A DNA stretch of 64,000 nt from the human T2T-CHM13v2.0 reference genome, Homo sapiens. The translations under genes and the position numbers were made by a program. The notes beneath the pieces are model-generated. The model searched no databases, was not told the DNA's origin, and saw nothing but the letters and a program-made list of their open reading frames with translations. The stretch lies in NCBI RefSeq assembly GCF_009914755.1, contig NC_060925.1. One strand, written 5' to 3'. This document shows positions 27,901 through 41,900 of this stretch, piece by piece. The first letter of the stretch is position 1. Each line of letters starts with the position of its first letter.

Positions 27901-30214
27901 CCCGAATGGAATCATCTAATGGAATGGAATGGAATAATCCATGGACTCGAATGCAATCATCATCGAATGGAATCGAATGGAATCATCCAATGGACTCGAA
28001 TGGAATAATCATTGAACGGAATCGAATGGAATCATCATCGGATGGAAATGAATGGAATCATCATCGAATGGAATCGAATAGAATTATGGAATGAAATCCA
28101 GTGTGATCATCATCGAATGGACCCGAATGGAATCATCATCCAACGGATGCTAATGGAATCAACATCGAATGAATCAAATGGAAACACCATCGAATTGAAA
28201 CGAATGGAATTACCATGAAATTGAAATGGATGGACTCATCATCGAATGTATTCGAAAGGAATCATCGAATAAAATTGATTGAAATCATCATCGAATGGAA
28301 TCGAATGGTATCATTGAATGGAATCGAATGGAATCATCATCAGATGGAAATGAATGGAATCGTCATAGAATGGAATCGAATGGATTCATTGAATGGAATC
28401 AGATGGAATCATCGAATGGACTGGAATGGAATCATTGAATGGACTCGAAAGAGATCATGATTGAATGGAATTGAATGGAATCATCGAATGGTCTCGATTG
28501 GAATCATTATCAAATGGAATCGAATGGAATCACCGAATAGAATCGAATGGAACAATCATCGAATGGACTCAAATGGAATTATCCTCCAATGGAATCGAAT
28601 GGAATTATCGAATGCAATCGAATGGAATTATCGAATGCAATCGAATAGAATCATCGAATGGACTCGAATGGAATCATCGAATGGAATGGAATGGAACAGT
28701 CAATGAACTCGAATGGAATCATCATTGAATGGAATCGAATGGAATCATCGAGTGGAATCGAATGGAATTATGATCAAATGGAATCGAATGTAATCATCAT
28801 CAAATGGAATCAAAAATAACCATCATCAATTGGTATTGAATGGAATTGTCATCAAATGGAATTCAAAGGAAACATCATCAAATGGAACCGAATGGAATCC
28901 TCATTGAATGGAAATGAAAGGGGTCATCATCTAATGGAATCGCATGGAATCATCATCAAATGGAATCGAATGGAATCATCATCAAATGGAATCTAATGGA
29001 ATCATTGAACAGAATTGAATGGAATCGTCATCGAATGAATTGAATGCAATCATCGAATGGTCTCGAATGGAACCATCTTCTAATGGAAAGGAATGGAATC
29101 ATCGCATAGAATCGAATGGAATTATCATCGAATGGAATCGAATGGTATCAACACCAAACGGAAAAAAACGGAATTATCGAATGGAATCGAAGAGAATCTT
29201 CGAACGGACCCGAATGGAATCATCTAATGGAATGGAATGGAATAATCCATGGACTCGAATGCAATGATCATCGAATGGAATCGAATGGAATCATCGAATG
29301 GACTCGAATGAAATAATCATTGAACGGAATCGAATGGAATCATCATCGGATGGAAATGAAAGGAGTCATCATCTAATGGAATTGCATGGAATCATCATAA
29401 AATGGAATCGAATGGAATCAACATCAAATGGAATCAAATGGAATCATTGAACGGAATTGAATGGAATCGTCATCGAATGAATTGAATGCAATCATCGAAT
29501 GGTCTCGAATGGAATCATCTTCAAATGGAATGGAATGGAATCATCGCATAGAATCGAATGGAATTATCATCGAATGGAATCGAATGGAATCAACATCAAA
29601 CGGAAAAAAACAGAATTATCGTATGGAATCGAAGAGAATCATCGAATGGACCCGAATGGAATCATCTAATGGAATGGAATGGAATAATCCATGGACTCGA
29701 ATGCAATCATCATCGAATGGAATCGAATGGAATCATCGAATGGACTCGAATGGAATAATCATTGAACGGAATCGAATGGAATCATCATCGGATGGAAATG
29801 AATGGAATCATCATCCAATGGAATCGAATAGAATTATGGAATGAAATCCAGTGTGATCATCATCGAATGGACCCGAATGGAATCATCATCCAACGGAAGC
29901 TAATGGAATCAACATCGAATGAATCGAATGGAAACACCATCGAATTGAAACGAATGGAATTATCATGAAATTGAAATGGATGGACTCATCATCGAATGGA
30001 TTCGAATGGAATCATCGAATAAAATTGATTGAAATCATCATCCAATGGAATCGAATGGTATCATTGAATGGAATCGAATGGAATCATCATCAGATGGAAA
30101 TGAATGGAATCGTCATAGAATGGAATCGAATGGATTCATTGAATGGAATCAGATGGAATCATCGAATGGACTGGAATGGAATCATTGAATGGACTCGAAA
30201 GGGATCATGATTGA
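24965..30214 (+). repeat. Three tandem 1750-bp variant units
   Basis: Landmarks at 24965, 26715, 28465 and 30215. Module spacing 442 (25519/25961). Private GCAATGATCA and GAATGAAATAATC in all three. Confidence 0.93.
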
Positions 30215-33200
30215 ATGGAATTGAATGGAATCATCGAATGATCTCGATTGGAATCATTAACAAATGGAATCGAATGGAATCACCGAATAGAATCGAATGG
30301 AACAATCATCGAATGGACTCAAATGGAATTATCCTCCAATGGAATCGAATGGAATTATCGAATGCAATCGAATGGAATTATCGAATGCAATCGAATAGAA
30401 TCATCGAATGGACTCGAATGGAATCATCGAATGGAATGGAATGGAACAGTCAAGGAACTCGAATGGAATCATCATTGAATGGAATCGAATGGAATCATCG
30501 AGTGGAATCGAATGGAAATATGATCAAATGGAATCGAATATAATCATCATCAAATGGAATCAAAAATAACCATCATTAATTGGTATTGAATGGAATTCTC
30601 ATCAAATGGAATTCAAAGGAATCATCATCAAATGGAACTGAATGGAATCCTCATTGAATGGAAATGAAAGGGGTCATCATCTAATGGAATCGCATGGAAT
30701 CATCATCAAATGGAATCGAATGGAATCATCATCAAATGGAATCTGATGGAATCATTGAACAGAATTGAATGGAATCGTCATCGAATGAATTGAATGCAAT
30801 CATCGAATGGTCTCGAATGTAATCACATTCTAATGGAAAGGAATGGAATCATCGCATAGAATCGAATGGAATTAACATTGAATGGACTCGAATGGAATCA
30901 ACATCAAACGGAATCAAGCGGAATTATCGAATGGAATCGAAGAGAATCATCGAATGGTCTCGAATGGAATCATCTTCTAATGGAAAGGAATGGAATCATC
31001 GCATAGAATCGAATGGAATTAACATTGAATGGACTCGAATGGAATCAACATCAAATGGAATCAAGCGGAATTATCGAATGAAATCGAAGAGAATCATCGA
31101 ATGGACTCGAATGGAATCATCTAATGGAATGGAATGGAATAATCCACGGACTCGAATGCAATCATCATTGTATAGAATCGAATGGAATCATCGAATGGAC
31201 TGGAATGGAATAAACATTGAACGGAATAGAATGGAATCATCATCGGAAGGAAACGAATGGAATCATCATCGAATGGAAATGTAAGGAGTCATCATCTAAT
31301 GGAATTGCATGGAATCATCATAAAATGGAATCGAATGGAATCATCATCAAATGGAATCAAATGGAATCATTGAACGGAATTGAATGGAATCGTCATCGAA
31401 TGAATTGAATGCAATCATCGAATGGTCTCGAATGGAATCATCTTCAAATGGAATGGAATGGAATCATCGCATAGAATCGAATGGAATTATCATCGAATGG
31501 AATCGAATGGTATCAACATCAAACGGAAAAAAACGGAATTATCGAATGGAATCGAAGAGAATCTTCGAACGGACCCGAAAGGAATCATCTAATGGAATGG
31601 AATGGAATAATCCATGGACTCGAATGCAATCATCATCGAATGGAATCGAATGGAATCATTGAATGGACTCGAATGGAATAATCATTGAACGGAATCTAAT
31701 GGAATCATCATCGGATGGAAATGAATGGAATCATCATCGAATGGAATCGAATAGAATTATGGAATGAAATCCAGTGTGATCATCATCGAATGGACCCGAA
31801 TGGAATCATCATCCAACGGAAGCTAATGGAATCAACATCGAATGAATCGAATGGAAACACCATCGAATTGAAACGAATGGAATTATCATGAAATTGAAAT
31901 GGATGGACTCATCATCGAATGGATTCGAATGGAATCATCGAATAAAATTGATTGAAATCATCATCGAATGGAATCGAATGGTATCATTGAATGGAATCGA
32001 ATGGAATCGTCATCAGATGGAAATGAATGGAATCGTCATAGAATGGAATCGAATGGATTCATTGAATAGAATCAGATGGAATCATCGAATGGACTGGAAT
32101 GGAATCATTGAATGGACTCGAAAGGGATCATTATTGAATGGAATTGAATGGAATCATCGAATGGTCTCGATTGGAATCATTATCAAATGGAATCGAATGG
32201 AATCACCGAATAGAATTGAATGGAACAATCATCGAATGGACTCAAATGGAATTATCCTCAAATGGAATCGAATGGAATTATCGAATGCAATCGAATGGAA
32301 TTATCGAATGCAATCGAATAGAATCATCGAAAGGACTCGAATGGAATCATCGAATGGAATGGAATGGAACAGTCAATGAACTCGAATGGAATCATCATTG
32401 AATGGAATCGAATGGAATCATCGAGTGGAATCGAATGGAATTATGATCAAATGGAATCGAATGTAATCATCATCAAATGGAATCAAAAATAACCATCATC
32501 AATTGGTATTGAATGGAATTGTCATCAAATGGAATTCAAAGGAATCATCATCAAATGGAACCGAATGGAATCCTGATTGAATGGAAATGAAAGGGGTCAT
32601 CATCTAATGGAATCGCATGGAATCATCATCAAATGGAATCGAATGGAATCATCATCAAATGGAATCTAATGGAATCATTGAAAAGAATTGAATGGAATCA
32701 TCATCGAATGAATTGAATGCAATCATCGAAAGGTCTCGAATGGAATCATCTTCTAATGGAAAGGAATGGAATCATCGCATAGAATCGAATGGAATTATCA
32801 TCGAATGGAATCGAATGGTATCAACACCAAACGGAAAAAAACGGAATTATCGAATGGAATCGAAGAGAATCTTCGAACGGACCCGAATTTAATGATCTAA
32901 TGGAATGGAATGGAATAATCCATGGACTCGAATGCAATCATCATCGAATGGAATCGAATGGAATCATCGAATGGACTCGAATGGAATAATCATTGAACGG
33001 AATCGAATGGAATCATCATCGGATGGAAACGAATGGAATCATCATCCAATGGAAATGAAAGGAGTCATCATCTAATGGAATTGCATGGAATCATCATAAA
33101 ATGGAATCGAATGGAATCAACATCAAATGGAATCAAATGGAATAATTGAACGGAATTGAATGGAATCGTCATCGAATGAATTGAATGCAATCATCGAATG

Positions 33201-35200
33201 GTCTAGAATTGAATCATCTTCAAATGGAATGGAATGGAATCATCGCATAGAATCGAATGGAAGTATCATCGAATGGAATCGAATGGAATCAACATCAAAC
33301 GGAAAAAAACGGAATTATCGAATGGAATCGAAGAGAATCATCGAATGGACCCGAATGGAATCATCTAATGGAATGGAATGGAATAATCCATGGACTCGAA
33401 TGCAATCATCATCGAATGGAATCGAATGGAATCATCGAATGGACTCGAATGGAATAATCATTGAACGGAATCGAATGGAATCATCATCGGATGGAAATGA
33501 ATGGAATCATCATCGAATGGAATCGAATAGAATTATGGAATGAAATCCAGTGTGATCATCATCGAATGGACCCGAATGGAATCATCATCCAACGGAAGCT
33601 AATGGAATCAACATCGAATGAATCGAATGGAAACACCATCGAATTGAAACGAATGGAATTATCATGAAATTCAAATGGATGGACTCATCATCGAATGGAT
33701 TCGAATGGAATCATTGAATAAAATTGATTGAAATCATCATCCAATGGAATCGAATGGTATCATTGAATGGAATCGAATGGAATCATCATCAGATGGAAAT
33801 GAATGGAATCGTCATAGAATGGAATCGAATGGATTCATTGAATGGAATCAGATGGAATCATCGAATGGACTGGAATGGAATCATTGAATGGACTCGAAAG
33901 GGATCATGATTGAATGGAATTGAATGGAATCATCGAATGGTCTCGATTGGAATCATTAACAAATGGAATCGAATGGAATCACCGAATAGAATCGAATGGA
34001 ACAATCATCGAATGGACTCAAATGGAATTATCCTCCAATGGAATCGAATGGAATTATCGAATGCAATCGAATGGAATTATCGAATGCAATCGAATAGAAT
34101 CATCGAATGGACTCGAATGGAATCATCGAATGGAATGGAATGGAACAGTCAAGGAACTCGAATGGAATCATCATTGAATGGAATCGAATGGAATCATCGA
34201 GTGGAATCGAATGGAAATATGATCAAATGGAATCGAATATAATCATCATCAAATGGAATCAAAAATAGCCATCATTAATTGGTATTGAATGGAATTCTCA
34301 TCAAATGGAATTCAAAGGAATCATCATCAAATGGAACTGAATGGAATCCTCATTGAATGGAAATGAAAGGGGTCATCATCTAATGGAATCGCATGGAATC
34401 ATCATCAAATGGAATCGAATGGAATCATCATCAAATGGAATCTGATGGAATCATTGAACAGAATTGAATGGAATCGTCATCGAATGAATTGAATGCAATC
34501 ATCGAATGGTCTCGAATGTAATCACATTCTAATGGAAAGGAATGGAATCATCGCATAGAATCGAATGGAATTAACATTGAATGGACTCGAATGGAATCAA
34601 CATCAAACGGAATCAAGCGGAATTATCGAATGGAATCGAAGAGAATCATCGAATGGTCTCGAATGGAATCATCTTCTAATGGAAAGGAATGGAATCATCG
34701 CATAGAATCGAATGGAATTAACATTGAATGGACTCGAATGGAATCAACATCAAATGGAATCAAGCGGAATTATCGAATGAAATCGAAGAGAATCATCGAA
34801 TGGACTCGAATGGAATCATCTAATGGAATGGAATGGAATAATCCACGGACTCGAATGCAATCATCATTGTATAGAATCGAATGGAATCATCGAATGGACT
34901 CGAATGGAATAAACATTGAACGGAATAGAATGGAATCATCATCGGAAGGAAACGAATGGAATCATCATCGAATGGAAATGTAAGGAGTCATCATCTAATG
35001 GAATTGCATGGAATCATCATAAAATGGAATCGAATGGAATCATCATCAAATGGAATCAAATGGAATCATTGAACGGAATTGAATGGAATCGTCATCGAAT
35101 GAATTGAATGCAATCATCGAATGGTCTCGAATGGAATCATCTTCAAATGGAATGGAATGGAATCATCGCATAGAATCGAATGGAATTATCATCGAATGGA
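29800..35200 (+). repeat. Second lineage-A block (3699-bp period)
   Basis: ORFs at 30211/33910 and 30892/34591 are 3699 apart and 30123 from the copies at 88/3787 and 769/4468. Same private SNVs. Boundaries approximate. Confidence 0.87.
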
Positions 35201-35999
35201 ATCGAATGGTATCAACATCAAACGGAAAAAAACGGAATTATCGAATGGAATCGAAGAGAATCTTCGAACGGACCCGAATGGAATCATCTAATGGAATGGA
35301 ACGGAATAATCCATGGACTCGAATGCAATCATCATCGAATGGAATCGAATGGAATCATCGAATGGACTCGAATGGAATAATCATTGAACGGAATCGAATG
35401 GAATCATCATCGGATGGAAACGAATGGAATCATCATACAATGGAAATGAAAGGAGTCATCATCTAATGGAAATGCATGGAATCATCATAAAATGGAATCG
35501 AATGGAATCAACATCAAATGGAATCAAATGGAATAATTGAACGGAAATGAATGGAATCGTCATCGAATGAATTGAATGCAATCATCGAATGGTCTAGAAT
35601 TGAATCATCTTCAAATGGAATGGAATGGAATCATCGCATAGAATCGAATGGAAGTATCATCGAATGGAATCGAATGGAATCAACATCAAACGGAAAAAAA
35701 CGGAATTATCGAATGGAATCGAAGAGAATCATCGAATGGACCCGAATGGAATCATCTAATGGAATGGAATGGAATAATCCATGGACTCGAATGCAATCAT
35801 CATCGAATGGAATCGAATGGAATCATCGAATGGACTCGAATGAAATAATCATTGAACGGAATCGAATGGAATCATCATCGGATGGAAACGAATGGAATCA
35901 TCATCGAATGGAAATGAAAGGAGTCATCATCTAATGGAATTGAATGGAATCATCATAAAATGGAATCGAATGGATTCAACATCAAATGGAATCAGATGG

Positions 36000-38900
36000 A
36001 ATCATTGAATGGACTGGAATGGAATCATTGAATGGACTCGAAAGGGATCATTATTGAATGGAATTGAATGGAATCATCGAATGGTCTCGATTGGAATCAT
36101 TATCAAATGGAATCGAATGGAATCACCAAATAGAATCGAATGGAACAATCATCGAATGGACTCAAATGGAATTATCCTCAAATGGAATTGAATGGAATTA
36201 TCGAATGCAATCGAATGGAATTATCGAATGCAATCGAATAGAATCATCGAATGGAGTCGAATGGAATCATCGAATGGAATGGAATGGAACAGTCAATGAA
36301 CTCGAATGGAATCATCATTGAATGGAATCGAATGGAATCATCGAGTGGAATCGAATGGAATTATGATCAAATGGAATCGAATGTAATCATCATCAAATGG
36401 AATCAAAAATAACCATCATCAATTGGTATTGAATGGAATTCTCATCAAATGGAATTCAAAGGAATCATCATCAAATGGAACCGAATGGTATCCTCATTGA
36501 ATGGAAATGAAAGGGGTCATCATCTAATGGAATCGCATGGAATCATCATCAAATGGAATCGAATGGAATCAACATCAAATGGAATCAAATGGAGTCATTG
36601 AACGGAATTGAATGGAATCGTCATCGAATGAATTGAATGCAATCATCGAATGGTCTCGAATGGAATCATCTTCAAATGGAATGGAATGGAATCATCACAT
36701 AGAATCGAATGGAATTATCATCGAATGGAATCGAATGGAATCAACATCAAACGGAAAAAAACGGAATTATCGAATGGAATCGAAGAGAATCATCGAATGG
36801 ACCCGAATGGAATCATCTAATGGAATGGAATGGAATAATCCATGGACTCGAATGCAATCATCATCGAATGGAATCGAATGGAATCATCGAATGGACTCGA
36901 ATGGAATAATCATTGAACGGAATCGAATGGAATCATCATCGGATGGAAACGAATGGAATCATCATCGAATGGAATCGAATAGATTTATGGAATGAAATCC
37001 AGTGTGATCATCATCGAATGGACCCGAATGGAATCATCATCCAACGGAAGCTAATGAAATCAACATCGAATGAATCAAATGGAAACACCATCGAATTGAA
37101 ACGAATGGAATTACCATGAAATTGAAATGGATGGACTCATCATCAAATGGATTCGAATGGAATCATCGAATAAAATTGATTGAAATCATCATCGAATGGA
37201 ATCGAATGGTATCATTGAATGGAATCGAATGGAATCATCATCAGATGGAAATGAATGCAATCGTCATAGAATGGAATCGAATGGATTCATTGAATGGAAT
37301 CAGATGGAATCATTGAATGGACTGGAATGGAATCATTGAATGGACTCGAAAGGGATCATGATTGAATGGAATTGAATGGAATCATGGAATGGTCTCGATT
37401 GGAATCATTATCAAATGGAATCGAATGGAATCACCGAATAGAATCGAATGGAACAATCATCGAATGGACTCAAATGGAATTATCCTCAAATGGAATCGAA
37501 TGGAATTATCGAATGCAATCGAATGGAATTATCGAATGCAATCGAATAGAATCATCGAAAGGACTCGAATGGAATCATCGAATGGAATGGAATGGAACAG
37601 TCAATGAACTCGAATGGAATCATCATTGAATGGAATCGAATGGAATCATCGAGTGGAATCGAATGGAATTATGATCAAATGGAATCGAATGTAATCATCA
37701 TCAAATGGAATCAAAAATAACCATCATCAATTGGTATTGAATGGAATTGTCATCAAATGGAATTCAAAGGAATCATCATCAAATGGAACCGAATGGAATC
37801 CTCATTGAATGGAAATGAAAGGGGTCATCATCTAATGGAATCGCATGGAATCATCATCAAATGGAATCGAATGGAATCATCATCAAATGGAATCTAATGG
37901 AATCATTGAAAAGAATTGAATGGAATCATCATCGAATTAATTGAATGCAATCATCGAATGGTCTCGAATGGAATCATCTTCTAATGGAAAGGAATGGAAT
38001 CATCGCATAGAATCGAATGGAATTATCATCGAATGGAATCGAATGGTATCAACACCAAACGGAAAAAAACGGAATTATCGAATGGAATCGAAGAGAATCT
38101 TCGAACGGACCCGAATGGAATCATCTAATGGAATGGAATGGAATAATCCATGGACTCGAATGCAATCATCATCGAATGGAATCGAATGGAATCATCGAAT
38201 GGACTCGAATGGAATAATCATTGAACGGAATCGAATGGAATCATCAACGGATGGAAACGAAAGGAATCATCATCGAATGGAAATGAAAGGAGTCATCATC
38301 TAATGGAATTGCATGGAATCATCATAAAATGGAATCGAATGGAATCAACATCAAATGGAATCAAATGGAATCATTGAACGGAATTGAATGGAATCGTCAT
38401 CGAATGAATTGAATGCAATCATCGAATGGTCTCGAATGGAATCATCTTCAAATGGAATGGAATGGAATCATCGCATAGAATCGAATGGAATTATCATCGA
38501 ATGGAATCGAATGGAATCAACATCAAACGGAAAAAAACGGAATTATCGAATGGAATCGAAGAGAATCATCGAATGGACCCGAATGGAATCATCTAATGGA
38601 ATGGAATGGAATAATCCATGGACTCGAATGCAATCATCATCGAATGGAATCGAATGGAATCATCGAATGGACTCGAATGGAATAATCATTGAACGGAATC
38701 GAATGGAATCATCATCGGATGGAAATGAATGGAATCATCATCGAATGGAATCGAATAGAATTATGGAATGAAATCCAGTGTGATCATCATCGAATGGACC
38801 CGAATGGAATCATCATCCAACGGAAGCTAATGGAATAAACATCGAATGAATCAAATGGAAACACCATCGAATTGAAACGAATGGAATTACCATGAAATTG

Positions 38901-41900
38901 AAATGGATGGACTCATCATCAAATGGATTCGAGTGGAATCATCGAATAAAATTGATTGAAATCATCATCAAATGGAATCGAATGGTATCATTGAATGGAA
39001 TCGAATGGAATCATCATCAGATGGAAATGAAAGGAATCGTCATAGAATGGAATTGAATGGATTCATTGAATGGAATCAGATGGAATCATTGAATGGACTG
39101 GAATGGAATCATTGAATGGACTCGAAAGGGATCATTATTGAATGGAATTGAATGGAATCATCGAATGGTCTCGATTGGAATCATTATCAAATGGAAACGA
39201 ATGGAATCACCAAATAGAATCGAATGGAACAATCATTGAATGGACTCAAATGGAATTATCCTCAAATGGAATTGAATGGAATTATCGAATGCAATCGAAT
39301 GGAATTATCGAATGCAATCGAATAGAATCATCGAATGGAGTCGAATGGAATCATCGAATGGAATGGAATGGAACAGTCAATGAACTCGAATGGAATCATC
39401 ATTGAATGGAATCGAATGGAATCATCGAGTGGAATCGAATGGAATTATGATCAAATGGAATCGAATGTAATCATCATCAAATGGAATCAAAAATAACCAT
39501 CATCAATTGGTATTGAATGGAATTCTCATCAAATGGAATTCAAAGGAATCATCATCAAATGGAACCGAATGGTATCCTCATTGAATGGAAATGAAAGGGG
39601 TCATCATCTAATGGAATCGCATGGAATCATCATCAAATGGAATCGAATGGAATCAACATCAAATGGAATCAAATGGAGTCATTGAACGGAATTGAATGGA
39701 ATCGTCATCGAATGAATTGAATGCAATCATCGAATGGTCTCGAATGGAATCATCTTCAAATGGAATGGAATGGAATCATCACATAGAATCGAATGGAATT
39801 ATCATCGAATGGAATCGAATGGAATCAACATCAAACGGAAAAAAACGGAATTATCGAATGGAATCGAAGAGAATCATCGAATGGACCCGAATGGAATCAT
39901 CTAATGGAATGGAATGGAATAATCCATGGACTCGAATGCAATCATCATCGAATGGAATCGAATGGAATCATCGAATGGACTCGAATGGAATAATCATTGA
40001 ACGGAATCGAATGGAATCATCATCGGATGGAAACGAATGGAATCATCATCGAATGGAATCGAATAGATTTATGGAATGAAATCCAGTGTGATCATCATCG
40101 AATGGACCCGAATGGAATCATCATCCAACGGAAGCTAATGAAATCAACATCGAATGAATCAAATGGAAACACCATCGAATTGAAACGAATGGAATTACCA
40201 TGAAATTGAAATGGATGGACTCATCATCAAATGGATTCGAATGGAATCATCGAATAAAATTGATTGAAATCATCATCGAATGGAATCGAATGGTATCATT
40301 GAATGGAATCGAATGGAATCATCATCAGATGGAAATGAATGCAATCGTCATAGAATGGAATCGAATGGATTCATTGAATGGAATCAGATGGAATCATTGA
40401 ATGGACTGGAATGGAATCATTGAATGGACTCGAAAGGGATCATGATTGAATGGAATTGAATGGAATCATGGAATGGTCTCGATTGGAATCATTATCAAAT
40501 GGAATCGAATGGAATCACCGAATAGAATCGAATGGAACAATCATCGAATGGACTCAAATGGAATTATCCTCAAATGGAATCGAATGGAATTATCGAATGC
40601 AATCGAATGGAATTATCGAATGCAATCGAATAGAATCATCGAAAGGACTCGAATGGAATCATCGAATGGAATGGAATGGAACAGTCAATGAACTCGAATG
40701 GAATCATCATTGAATGGAATCGAATGGAATCATCGAGTGGAATCGAATGGAATTATGATCAAATGGAATCGAATGTAATCATCATCAAATGGAATCAAAA
40801 ATAACCATCATCAATTGGTATTGAATGGAATTGTCATCAAATGGAATTCAAAGGAATCATCATCAAATGGAACCGAATGGAATCCTCATTGAATGGAAAT
40901 GAAAGGGGTCATCATCTAATGGAATCGCATGGAATCATCATCAAATGGAATCGAATGGAATCATCATCAAATGGAATCTAATGGAATCATTGAAAAGAAT
41001 TGAATGGAATCATCATCGAATTAATTGAATGCAATCATCGAATGGTCTCGAATGGAATCATCTTCTAATGGAAAGGAATGGAATCATCGCATAGAATCGA
41101 ATGGAATTATCATCGAATGGAATCGAATGGTATCAACACCAAACGGAAAAAAACGGAATTATCGAATGGAATCGAAGAGAATCTTCGAACGGACCCGAAT
41201 GGAATCATCTAATGGAATGGAATGGAATAATCCATGGACTCGAATGCAATCATCATCGAATGGAATCGAATGGAATCATCGAATGGACTCGAATGGAATA
41301 ATCATTGAACGGAATCGAATGGAATCATCAACGGATGGAAACGAAAGGAATCATCATCGAATGGAAATGAAAGGAGTCATCATCTAATGGAATTGCATGG
41401 AATCATCATAAAATGGAATCGAATGGAATCAACATCAAATGGAATCAAATGGAATCATTGAACGGAATTGAATGGAATCGTCATCGAATGAATTGAATGC
41501 AATCATCGAATGGTCTCGAATGGAATCATCTTCAAATGGAATGGAATGGAATCATCGCATAGAATCGAATGGAATTATCATCGAATGGAATCGAATGGAA
41601 TCAACATCAAACGGAAAAAAACGGAATTATCGAATGGAATCGAAGAGAATCATCGAATGGACCCGAATGGAATCATCTAATGGAATGGAATGGAATAATC
41701 CATGGACTCGAATGCAATCATCATCGAATGGAATCGAATGGAATCATCGAATGGACTCGAATGGAATAATCATTGAACGGAATCGAATGGAATCATCATC
41801 GGATGGAAATGAATGGAATCATCATCGAATGGAATCGAATAGAATTATGGAATGAAATCCAGTGTGATCATCATCGAATGGACCCGAATGGAATCATCAT

